Source: Phyllobates terribilis
Lineage: Eukaryota
DNA length: 64,000 bases
Direction of reading: 5' to 3'
Assembly: GCF_046119375.1 (NCBI RefSeq)
Contig: NW_027362761.1
Location: 89,218,001 to 89,282,000 of the forward strand
A program made the translations under genes and the position numbers. Position 1 is the first letter of the stretch. Each line of letters starts with the position of its first letter. The notes under the pieces are model-generated. The model saw only the letters and a program-made list of their open reading frames with translations, had not been told where the DNA came from and did no database searches. Below, one piece after another: positions 24,253 through 36,510 of this stretch.

Positions 24253-25297
24253 AGGTCTAGACACAAGAGTCAGTGGGTGCTCTCATCTTCTGTCCTGGCT
24301 TTCTTTGGAAAGACCGCGTGGACCAGGGCTCATCGCACTGAACGGGCAGAATACTACTCAGACAGCACAGGTTGAGGGTAACACAATCGGGTTATGCTTT
24401 ATTGGATCACCAACAGTCAATAACATATAGTACAGTCCCAGCAAGTATGCAAGATGGGGCAAATGACAGAGTCTTACTCTTCCTCTGCCTCGCTGAGAAT
24501 TAGAACACTTGTGACTTTAGGGCTTCCAAGGCCAACTACCCCAATCAGTAGCACCCTGTTTTTGGCAGGCACCCACAGAGAGGAGGTAGTGGCAAGCTTA
24601 GGAAGCTGACAAATTCAATTGAGATATGTGGCCAGGTGACCTGATTGTCCCAACATGAGTTCTCCAAACGTCTCCATGGATTCAGTAATGGGCAGTGGAT
24701 CAAATCTGTATTCCTACTGGTGCCTTGGCTACCATCCTCTAGAGTCTCTCTGTAGAAGGATAGAGGTTCCTTTTTCTACCCACATTTGTCCTTCAGGCCA
24801 TTATCCACAGGTTTGTGGGGGAGGTGGGAGGATGTTATCTCTCATTGTTTGAGTGTTCAATTAATCTGCATTTTTTTCAAGTAATGTCTGCAGAACAGCA
24901 AGTTGCATGGACTGATACAAAGGGTAATCAACATTTTAGCAAACATTGTTTGTTCAATTAACTTGCATCTTTGTGCTTGACGAGCTCGGTGCTCTACGAG
25001 TATTTCCGGGTTGCTCGGGCGGAAACTCGGGTCCCCTCCCTGCATGTTTAGTGCTCTTTAGAGAGCCAATAAACATATAGGGATTGCCTGCCACGCACTG
25101 TAATGCCGAAGCGATGTTGGCTGTGGGCATTACAGTGATTGGCTGGCTGCACAAAGTTTTCAGGAGTATATGAGACCGGGCGCCGCCATGCTCGTCACAG
25201 TCTACTCCAGAATCAGGCAGAGTAGGGAGAGCTGCTGTTGCGTCAGGAAGAGATTTGCTTGTTCATAGTTAGTATAGCTATTCCACAACATATATCT

Positions 25298-28200
25298 ACT
25301 AGCTATTGAACCCGTTCTACGCCTGGGTGGCGAGCATTTTAATTGGTATATGGTCTCCCATGCTGGTGTGCGCTGCCCCTCTCCTGGTATTTGTGCTACC
25401 CCCATCCTGTCCCCACCATCCTATCCTGGTACGCATGGCAACCCTCATCCCCAATCCTGGTATGCATGGCACACCTCATCCCCATCCTGGTATGCATGGC
25501 ACCCCTCATCCCTATCCTGGTATGCATGGCACCCCTCAGCCCCAATCCTAGTATGCATGGCACCCCTCACCCCCAATCCTGGTATGCATGGCACCTCTCA
25601 CCCCCAATCCTGGTATGCACGGCACCCCTCACCCCCAATCCTGGTAAGCAAGGCACCACTCATCCGCAATCCTGGTGTGCGTGGCACCCCTCATCCCCAA
25701 TCCTGGTATGCATGGCACCCCTCATCCCTATCCAAGTATGCATGGTACCCCATCCCTCATCCCTATTCAGGTATGTATGGTATCCCTCCTCCTGGTATGC
25801 ATGGTACCCCATCCCTCATCCCCATCCTGGTATGCATGACTCCTCATCCAAATCCTGGTATGCATGGCACTCCTCATCCCTATTCTGGTAAGCCTGGCCC
25901 ATCATCCGAATCCTGGTATTCATGGCCCCTCATCCCCAATCCCGGTATGCATGGCACTCCTCATCCCCAATCCCGGTGTGCATGGCACCCCTCATAACCA
26001 ATCCCGGTACACCTGTCACCCCTCAACCCCAATCCCGGTATGCATGGCACCACTCATCCCCAATCCCGGTATGCATGGCACCCCTCATCCCCAATCCTGG
26101 TATGCATAGCACCCCTCATCCTCAATCCTGGTATGCATGGCTCCCCTCATCCCCAATCCTGGTATGCATGGCACCCCTCATCCCCAATCCTGGTAAGCAT
26201 GGCACTCCTCATTCCCAGTCCTGATATGCATGACTCCCTCATCCCCAATCTTGGTATGCATGATACCCCTCATCCCCAATCCTGGTATGCATGGCACCCC
26301 TCATCCCCAATCCTGGTATGCATGGCTCCCTCATCCCCAATCCTGGTATGCATGATACCCCTCATCCCCAATCCTGGTATGCATGGCACCCCTCATCCCC
26401 AATCCTGGTAAGCATAGCTCCCTCATCCCCAATCCTGATATGCATGGCACCCCTCATCCCTCATCCTGGTATGCATGGCTCCCTCATCCCCAATCCGGGT
26501 ATGCATGGAACCCCTCATCTCCTATCCTGGTATGCATGGCACCCCTCATCCCCAATCCTGGTATGCATAGCTCCCTCATCCCCAATCCTGGTATGCATGG
26601 CACCCCTCATCCCCAATCCTGGTAAGCATAGCTCCCTCATCCCCAATCCTGATATGCATGGCACCCCTCATCCCTCATCCTGGTATGCATGGCTCCCTCA
26701 TCCCCAATCCGGGTATGCATGGAACCCCTCATCTCCTATCCTGGTATGCATGGCACCCCTCATCCCTAATCCTGGTATGCATAGCTCCCTCATCCCCAAT
26801 CCTGGTATGCATGGCACCCCTCATCCCCAATCCTGGCAGGCATGGCACCCCTCATCCCCAATCCTGGTATGCATTGCTCCTCATCCCCAATCCTGGTATG
26901 CATGGCACCACTCATCCCCAATCCTGGTAGGCATGGCACCCCTCATCCCCAATCCTGGTATGCATGGCACTCCTCTTTCCCAGTCCTGATATGCATGACT
27001 CCCTCATCCCCAATCTTGGTATGCATGATACCCCTCATCCCCAATCCTGGTGTGCATGGCACCCCTCATCCCCAATCCTGGTATGCATGGCTCCCTCATC
27101 CCCAATCCTGGTATGCATGATACCCCTCATCCCCAATCCTGGTACGCATGGCACCCCTCATCCCCAATCCTAGTATGCATGGCACACCTCATCCCCATCC
27201 TGGTATGCATGGCACCCCTCATCCCTATCCTGGTATGCATGGCACCCCGCAGCCCCAATGCTGGTATGCATGGCACCCCTCACCCCCAATCCTGGTATGC
27301 ATGGCACCTCTCACCCCCAATCCTGGTATGCATGGCACCCCTCACCCCCAATCCTGGTATGCATGGCACCACTCATCCGCAATCCTGGTGTGCGTGGCAC
27401 ATCTCATCCCCAATCCTGGTATGCATGGCACCCCTCATCCCTATCCAAGTATGCATGGTACCCCATTCCTCATCACTATCCTGGTATGTATGGTATCCCT
27501 CCTCCTGGTATGCATGGTACCCCATCCCTCATCCCCATCCTGGTATGCATGGCTCCTCATCCGAATCCTTGTATGCATGGCACTCCTCATCCCCATTCTG
27601 GTATGCATAGCCCATCATTCGAATCCTGGTATTCATGGCACCTCATCCCCAATCCCGCTATGCATGGCACCCCTCATCCCAAATCCCGGTATGCATGGCA
27701 CCCCTCATAACCAATCCCGGTATACCTGTCGCCCCTCAACCCCAATCCCGGTATGCATAGCACCCCTCATCCCCAATCCTGGTATGCATAGCACCCCTCA
27801 TCCCCAATCCCGGTATGCATGGCACCCCTCATCCCCAATCTTGGTATGCATAGCACCCCTCAACCCCAATCCCGGTATGCATAGCATCCCTCATCCCCAA
27901 TCCCGGTATGCATGGCACCCCTCATCCCCAATCCTGGTATGCATGGCACCCCTCATCCTCAATCCTGGTATGCATGGCTCCCCTCATCCCCAATCCTGGT
28001 ATGCATGGCTCCTCATCCCCAAAACTGGTATGCATGGCACCCCTCATCCCCAATCCTGGCTGGCATGGCACCTCTCATCCCCAATCCTGGTGTGTATGAC
28101 TCCCCTCATCCCCAATCCTGGTATGCATGGCTCCTCATCCCCAATCCTGGTAGGCATGGCATCCCTCATCCCCAATCCTGGTAGGCATGGCACCCTTTAT

Positions 28201-31200
28201 CCCCAATCCTGGTATGCATGGCACTCCTCATTCCCAGTCCTGATATGCATGACTCCCTCATCCCCAATCTTGGTATGCATGATACCCCTCATCCCCAATC
28301 CTGGTATGCATGGCACCCCTCATCCCTAATCCTGGTATGCATGGCTCCTTCATCTCCAATCCTGGTATGCATGATACTCCTCATCCCCAATCCTGGTATG
28401 TATGGCACCCCTCATCCCCAATCCTGGTATGCATGGCTCTTTCATCCCCAATCCTGATATGCATGGCACCACTCATCCCTCATCCTGGTATGCATGGCTC
28501 CCTCATCCCCAATCCCGGTGTGCATGAAACCCCTCCTCTCCAATCCCGGTATGCTTGGCACCCCTCAACCCCTATCCCAGTATGCGTGGCACCCCTGATC
28601 CCTATTCTGGTATGCGTGGCACCCCTCATCCCTATTCTGGTATGCGTGGCACCCCTCATCCCCAATCCCGTTAAGCCTGGCACCCCTCATCCCCAATCCC
28701 GGTATGCGTGGCACCCCTCATCCCCAATTCCGGTATGCAAAGCACCCTCATCCCCAATCACGGTATGTGTGACACCCCTCATCCCCAATCTCGGTATGCA
28801 TGGCACCCCTCATCCCCAATCCTGGTATGCATGGCACCCCTCATCCCCAATCCTGGTATGCGTGGCTCCCCTCTTCCCCAATCCCGGTATGCGTTGCAAC
28901 CCTCATCCCTATTCTGGTATGCGTGGAACCTTTCATCCCCAATCCTGTATGCGTGGCACCTTTCATCCCCAATCCTGGTATGCGTGGCACCCCTCATCCC
29001 CAATCCCGGTATGCATGGCACCCCTCATACCCAATCCCGGTATGCGTGGCACCCCTCATCCCTATTCTGGTATGCATTGCACCCCTCATCCCTATTCTGG
29101 TATGCGTGGCACCCCTCATCCCCTATCCCGGTATGCGTGGCACCCCTCATCCCCAATCCCGGTATGTGTGGCAACCCTCATCCCTATTCTGGTTTGCGTG
29201 GCACCCCTCATCCCTATTCTGGTATGCGTGGCACCCCTCATCCCCAATCCCGGTATGCGTGGCACCCCTCATCTCCAATCCCGGTATGCTTTGCACCCCT
29301 CATCCCCAATCCCGGTATGCGTGACACCCCTCATCCCCAGTCCCGGTATGCGTGGCACCCCTCATCCCCAATCCCGGTATTCGTGGCACCCCTCATCCCC
29401 AATCCCGGTATGCGTGTCACCCCTCATCCCCAATCCCGGTATGCGAGGCACCCCTCATCCCTATTCTGTATGCGTGGCACCTTTCATCCCCTATCCTGGT
29501 ATGTGTGGCACCCCTCATCCCCAATCCCGGTATGCATGGCACCCCTCATCCACAATCCCGGTATGCGTGGCACCCCTCATCCCTTTTCTGGTATGCGTGG
29601 CACCCCTCATCCCTATTCTGGTGTGCATGGCACCCCTCATCCCTATTATGGTATGCGTGGCACTTTTCTTCCCCAATCCTGGTATGCATGGCACCCTTCA
29701 TCTCCAATCCCGGTATGCGTGGCACCTTTCATCCCCAATCCTGGTATGTGTTGCACCCCTCATCCCCAATCCCGGTATGCGTGGCTCCCCTCATCCCCAA
29801 TGCCATTACTCGTGGCACCCCTCATCCCCAATCCTGGTATGTGTGTCACCCCTCATCCCCAATCCTGGTATGCGTGTCACCCCTCATCCCCTATCCTGGT
29901 ATGCATGGCACCACTCATCCCCAATCCTGTTATGCGTGGTACGCCTCATCCCCAATCCTGGTATGTTTGTCACCCCTCATGCCTATTCTGGTATGCGTGG
30001 CACCCCTCATTCCCAATCCCATTATGCGTGGCACCCCTCATCCCTATTCTGGTATGCATGCACCCCTCATCTCCAATCCCGGTATGCGTGGCACCTTACA
30101 TCCCCAATCCTGGTATGTGTGCCACCCCTCATCCCCAATCCCAATATGCGTGGCTCCCCTCATCCCCAATCCCATTATGCGTGGCACCCCTTGTCCCCAA
30201 TTCCGGTATGCGTGGCACCCCTCATCCCCAATCCCGGTATGCGTGGCACCCCTCATCCCTATTCTGTATGCGTGGCACCTTTCATCCCCTATCCTGGTAT
30301 GTGTGGCACCCCTCATCCCCAATCCCGGTATGCATGGCACCCCTCATCCCCAATCCCGGTATGCATGGCACCCCTCATCCACATTCCCGGTATGCGTGGC
30401 ACCCCTCATCCCTTTTCTGGTATGTGTGGCACCCCTCATCCCTTTTCTGGTATGCATGGCACCCCTCATCCCTATTCTGGTATGTGTGGCACCTTTCTTC
30501 CCCAATCCTGGTATGCATGGCACCCTTCATCTCCAATCCCGGTATGCGTGGCACTTTTCATCCCCAATCCTGGTATGTGTGGCACCCCTCATCCCCAATC
30601 CCGTTATGCGTGGCTCCCCTCATCCCCAATGCCATTATTCGTGGCACCCTTCATCCCCCATCCTGGTATGTGTGTCAGCCCTCATCCCCAATCCTGGTAT
30701 GCGTGTCAACCCTCATCACCTATCTTGGTATGCGTGGCACCACTCATCCCCAATCATGGTATGCGTGGTACGCCTCATCCCCAATCCTGGTATGTTTGTC
30801 ACCCCTCATCCCTATTCTGGTATGCGTGGCACCCCTCATCCCCAATCCCATTATGCGTGGCACCCCTCATCCCTATTCTGGTATGCATGGCACCCCTCAT
30901 CTCCAATCCCGGGTTGCGTGGCACCTTTCATCCCCAATCCTGGTATGTGTGGCACCCCTCATCCCCAATCCCAGTATGTGTGGCTCCCCTCATCCCCAAT
31001 CCCATTATGCGTGGCACCCCTCGTCCCCAATTCTGGTATGTGTGGCACCCCTCATCCCCAATCCCGGTATGTGTGGCACCCCTCATCCCCAATCCCGGTA
31101 TGCGTGCCACCACTCATCCACAATCCCGGTATGCGTGTCACCCCTCATCCCTATTTTGGTATGCGTGGCACCCCTCATCCCCAATCCAGGTATGCGTGGC

Positions 31201-33162
31201 ACCCCTCATCCCCAATCCCGGTATGCATGTCACCCCTAATCCCTATTTTGGTATGCATGGCACCCCTCATCCCCAGTCCTGGTATGCACGGCACCCCTCA
31301 TCCCCAATCCTGGTATGCGTGGCACCCATCATCCCCAATCCTGTTATGCGTGGAACCCATCATCCCTATTCTTGTAGGCATCGCACCCCTCATCCCCAAT
31401 CCTGGTATGTGTGGCACCCCTCATCCACAATCCCGGTATGTGTGGCACCCCTCATCCCCAATCCCAGTATGTGTGGCACCCCTCATCACTATTCTGGTAT
31501 GCGTGGCACCCCTCATCCCTTTTCTGGTATGCGTGGCACCCCTAATCCCCAATCCCGGTATGCGTGGCACCCCTCATCCCCAATCCCGGTATGCGTGGCA
31601 CCCCTCATCCCCAATCCCGTTATGCGTGGCACCCCTCATCCCCAATCCTTGTATGAGTGGAACCCCTGATCCCCAATCCCGGTATGCGTGGCACCCCTCA
31701 TCCCCAATCCCGGTATGCGTGGCACCCCTCATCCATATTCTGTTATGCGTGGCACCCCTCATCCCTATTCTGGAATGCGTGGCACCCCTCATCCCTATTT
31801 TGGTATGCGTGGCACCTTTCATCCCCAATCCTGGTATGCATAGCACCCCTCATCCCCAATCCCGGTATGTATGGCACCCCTCATCCCTATTCTGGTATGC
31901 GTGGCACCTTTCATCCCCAATCCTAGTATGCATGGCACCCCTCATCCCCAATCCCGGTATGCACGGCTCCCCTCATTCCCAATGCCATTATGCGTGGCAC
32001 CCCTCATCCCCAATCCTGGTATGCGTGTCACCCCTCATCCCCAATTCTGGTATGCGTGTCACCCCTCATCCCCATTCCTGGTATGCGTGGCACCCCTCAT
32101 CCCTATTCTGGAATGCGTGGCACCCCTCATCCCTATTCTGCTATGCGTGGCCCCCCTCATCCCAAATCCTGGCATGCGTGGCTCCCCTCATCCCCAATCC
32201 CATTATACGTGGCACCCCTCATCCCCAACCCTGGTATGCAAGGCACCCCTCATCCCCAATCCTGGTATGCATGGCACCCCTCATCCCCAATCCCGGTATG
32301 TGTGGCACCACTCATCCCCAATCCTGGTATGCGTGGCACCCCTCATCTCCAATCCCGGTAAGCGTGTCACCCCTCATCCCCAATCCCGGTATGCGTGTCA
32401 CCCCTTATCCCTATTTTGGTATGCGTGGCACCCCCCATCCCCAATCCTGGTATGTGTGGCACCCCTCATCCCCAATCCTGGTATGCATGGCACCCCTCAT
32501 TCCCAGTCCTGGTATGCGTGGCACCCCTCATCCCCAATCCTGGTATGTGTGGCACCCCTCATCCCTATTCTGGTAGGCGTGGCACACCTCATCCCCAATC
32601 CTGGTATGTGTGGCACCCCTCATCCCCAATCCTGGTATGCATGGCACCCTTCATCCCTAAACCTGGTATGCGAGTCACCCCTCATCCCCAATCCCGGTAT
32701 GCATGGCTCCCCTCATCCCTATTCTGGTATGCATGGCTCCCCTAATCCCGATATGTGTGGCCCCCTCACTCCCCCACTATGCACACATCCCCAAAAAAAT
32801 AAACAGTTATACTCACCTTTCTTCTCTGTACTCCAGCGCTGCTGCGTCCTCTTCTGCCGGAGGGCGGGGGAGGAGTGCGGCACTAGAACACCGTGCTGTG
32901 CGGCGCCATTTTGCTGAAGACACACTGTAAATGTGTCTTCAGTAAAATGGCGCTGGATAGCGCTATGCACACGCGCCGATCCGACGTCTCACTCCGCCCC
33001 CGGTCTCCGCTGAAGGGAGGCACCGCGGCAACGCTCTTCCCGGTCAGGTAAGTATGTAAGTATGGCTCCGGAGATCGCGGTGTGTGTTCAGTGCCTACGC
33101 ATACCGCGCGATCTCCGACGCCATACACCTCCTCTTACCTGTAACGGCTGGATGCGGTCTTC
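25298..33162 (+). mobile_element. Non-autonomous Helitron/Helentron-like element 2 with expanded central tandem array
   Basis: Starts actagctattgaacccgttctacgcctgggtggcgagc; right flank homologous to element 1 until ~33162, where it joins Tc1 sequence. Confidence 0.5.
25365..32780 (+). repeat. Satellite array 2, 31-bp monomer
   Basis: Same monomer as array 1; from ~28500 dominated by the variant CCCGGTATGCGTGG. Confidence 0.97.
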
Positions 33163-33164
33163 TC

Positions 33165-33500
33165 CTCATTGAATACTTTGTTCTGTACAAAGTTGAATGT
33201 GCTGACATCAAAATCACGCAAAAATCAGCAATGGAAATCAAATTTATTAACTAATAGAGGCCTGGATTTGGAGTCACCCCTAAAATAAAAGTGGAAAAAT
33301 AGACTACAGGCTGTCCAGCTTTGATGTAATGTCCTTCAAACAAGTCAAAATGAGGTTCAGTATTGTGTGTGGCCTCCACGTGCCTGTTTGACCTCCCTAC
33401 AATGCCTGGGTATGCTCCTGATGAGGTTGCGGATGGTCTCCTGTGGGATCTCCTCCCAGACCAGGACTAAAGCATCCGCCAACTCCTGGACAGTCTATGG
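33165..33500 (-). mobile_element. Tc1-like transposon fragment (transposase C-terminus and downstream region)
   Basis: TVQELADALVLVWEEIPQETIRNLIRSIPRHCREVKQARGGHTQY* with stop at 33357-33359, a typical Tc1 C-terminus. Confidence 0.88.
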
Positions 33501-33860
33501 TGAACTATGGTGAAGAAATTTGAACTGAAAGTGGAAAAATTGGCCTCCTTTTCCATTCTGTTGCAGTGTGCTGGTGAAGCTATTCACACTGGGTCTCTTT
33601 GTGTAGGAAAATATTAGTAAATTACAGGCCTACAATTTAAAGCCATGGTTCTCTGTCAGACATATCACCGAAAAGATTTCTGGAATCATACATTTCTTCC
33701 ATTTTCATTCCGTTGCAGTGTGTCGGTGAAGCTATTCACTTTATGTCTCTGTGGAGAATAATATTAGTAAATTACAGGCCTACAATTTATAGTTGTGGTA
33801 CTCTGTCAGACATATCATATATAACTGCATTTCAAAATCAACTATTGTCCTCCATTTAAA

Positions 33861-36510
33861 ATGGGCAAGGTGCATGGCAAGGGACGGGGAAGTGGACGTG
33901 ATGGTGATGGTGCATGCAGAGGCCGAGGACGTGGTCGCGGGCAAGGTGAAATTGTACCACAACAAACACCCACATATTCTTGCTCGACCTTCCTGTCCCA
34001 ATAACTAGGGGACCGCAGAGCACCACTATTGCACACAGAGCAGTGTGAAAAGATTATTGGTTGAATAGCAGATAATGCTTCCAGTCATTTGGCCACCACC
34101 ACCACCACCCTGTCTTCCACACGGTCAAGTCTCAGTAGCCGTGAGTCTGGACCGCATATTCCTCACCCTGATCCTCCATCCTCCCACCATGCCGAGTGCC
34201 CGGAGACAACTGCTCCCACACTTGGACACTCCGAAGAGCTGTTCACTTTTCCATTTATAGATTCGGGCCTCTCACCTGGTCCACTTGAAGTGTGGCAAGA
34301 GGAGATCGCATGTAGAGATGCCCAAATATTGGAGCAGCCACGATCACATGAAGGAAACAGTGGTAAAGTGCAATTACTGTCGCAAGTGGTGGATGAAGAT
34401 GATGAGACACAATTGAAAAAAAGTCTGGAGGAGGACCAGGGTGCAGAAGTGGAAGTCAAGGTGGTGGATTATATAGTAACTGATCCAACCTGGCAGGGGG
34501 ACGCACAGAGCGAGGACAGCAGCACACAGCGGGATGAAGGCGTAGCACCACAACAGACAGGAAGAAGCAGTGTGGTGGCCGTAGACACAAGGCAGGAAAG
34601 TGTTCCTCATAACGCCAACACAAAGGAAGTTGCCAATACAACTGTTAGGTCTTCCCGAGTCTGATTTTTTTTTAAAGACTCTGCAAATAACCCCAAAAAG
34701 GCCATTTGCACCGCCTGCCAGGCCAGGATCAGCAGGTTTAGCAAAACTACCAGTCTGACCACCACCAGCATGATCAGGCACATGGCAGCAAAGCACCCGA
34801 CTAAGTGCGCCGAACCCCAGGGTCCAGGAACAGTGTCTGCGGGTGACACCACTGTTTCCTCCGCTGTTGTGTTTGTACGCCAATCCCCTGCCTATGGCGC
34901 ATGCCAATAAACCTCCTACCCTGCACCTGTTGTTTCACACTCTCAAGTAGCACCATTAACAAGCACGTCCATGTCCTTGTCCCAGCGCAGCGTTCAGTTG
35001 TCCCTATCCCAGTCCTTGGAACTCAAGCGCAAATATGCAGCTAATGCCCCGCAAGCTACACTACTAAATCCACACATTTTGCGAATGCTTGCTCTCGAAA
35101 TGCTGCCTTTTAGGCTCGTGGAGATGGAAGCTTTCCGCAACCTGATGGCGGCAGCTGTCCCTCGGTACTCTTTCCTCAGCCGCCACTATTTCTCCCGGTG
35201 TTCCATCCCTGCATTACACAAGCACGTGTCCCGCAATGTTAGACATGCCCTCAACAACGCAGTAACTGGGAAATCCACCTAACCACGGACATGTGGACAA
35301 GTGCTTGTGGGCAGGGATGGTACATCTCGCTGACGGCACACTGGTTAATATAGTAGAAGCCGGGACCCAGTCGGACCTTGGGACGGAACACGTCCTCACG
35401 AAGCCTAGGATTGCAGGTTGCCCCCACATTCTATAGTTCCTGCACCTTCTCCTCCTCTTCAGCCTCCATCTCCGAAATGACCACATCAGTCGCAAGCTGG
35501 ACTGCAGCACTGCCTCGGCCAACTGGCAACAGGTTGTGCTGATGCTCATATGCTTAGGTGACAAACCACACAAAGCTGAAGAGTTCTTGACAGCTTTGAA
35601 TGACCAGGCAGATCTGTGGCTGACACCGCTGACCCTACAGCTAGGCATGCTCGTGTGTGACAATGGCTGGAATCTGGTGGCTGCCCTGAAGCGAGGAGAG
35701 CTCACACACATACTATGCCATGGTCCATGTGCTTAACTGATCTGCAATGTCCCCATGCATTGTAACTCTACATTGCAGATGTTGGGAAGGATTTGTGAGC
35801 AGAAGAGGGCAGTTGTTGACTACCAGCATCAACAAGGCTGTCGATAACCTCAGGAGTGGACATGGATGTCAGGCATCTGTACCATCCTCCAAAACTTTGA
35901 GGACTCCACCAAGATGGTGAGCGGCGATGACGCCATAATTAGCATTACCATCCCGCTTCTCTGTCTACTGAAACTCTCTCTGCTATGAATTAAAAAGGAT
36001 GCATTGCAGGCAGAGCACGATGAGATGGAGCAAGGAACCATACAGGGTGATTACACACAGCCCAGCCTCATCTCATCCCAACATTGATTGGGTGACAATG
36101 AGGAAGATGAGGAGGAGGTAGAACAGGAGCTAGTTTCCTGTGCTATAGATGGTACAACCTGCACAAATGTCATACCGTCTGTTCAGTGTCGATGGCCTGA
36201 GGACAGGGAGGAGGAGGAAGAGGAGGAGGATGAGAAGGAGAGCATGGTCAGTCGTCCTCTTGGTGAGGACACGGAAGTCTTGCCTATTAGCAGTCTGGAA
36301 CGCTTGGCTGACTTTATGTTATGCTGCCTTACCTGTGACCCTTGCGTTGTCCAAATTTTAGGTGACAATCATTTCTGGTTGGTGACACTTCTAGACCCAT
36401 GCTACAGGGAGAACTTTATGTCTCTTATTCCCTTGCAGGACAGGCCTAATAAAATGGTGCAATACGAGAAGGCCCTTGTTGCAGAATTCTTAACAAAATT
36501 CCTATCTATG
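33861..36510 (+). pseudogene. hAT transposase pseudogene (copy A), C-terminus deleted
   Basis: ATG 33861 MGKVHGKGRG...; BED-finger DNA at ~34640-34800; LEMLPFRLVEMEAF...PSRHYF; VCDNG; multiple stops and frameshifts; after ...KFLS it jumps into 3' subterminal sequence. Confidence 0.9.

Noticed and set aside
23828-24430. YANLMHSTQL repeat protein
   Set aside because: Product of a 33-bp tandem repeat with interrupting stops; no gene context.
24260-24870. Second LTR of the Gypsy element
   Set aside because: Has an AATAAA on the minus strand (~24400) but no identifiable termini, TSD or match to the other LTRs.
25365-32780. CRISPR-like array (repeat length ~31 bp)
   Set aside because: Monomers are directly adjacent with no unique spacers, there are no cas genes, and the context is eukaryotic.
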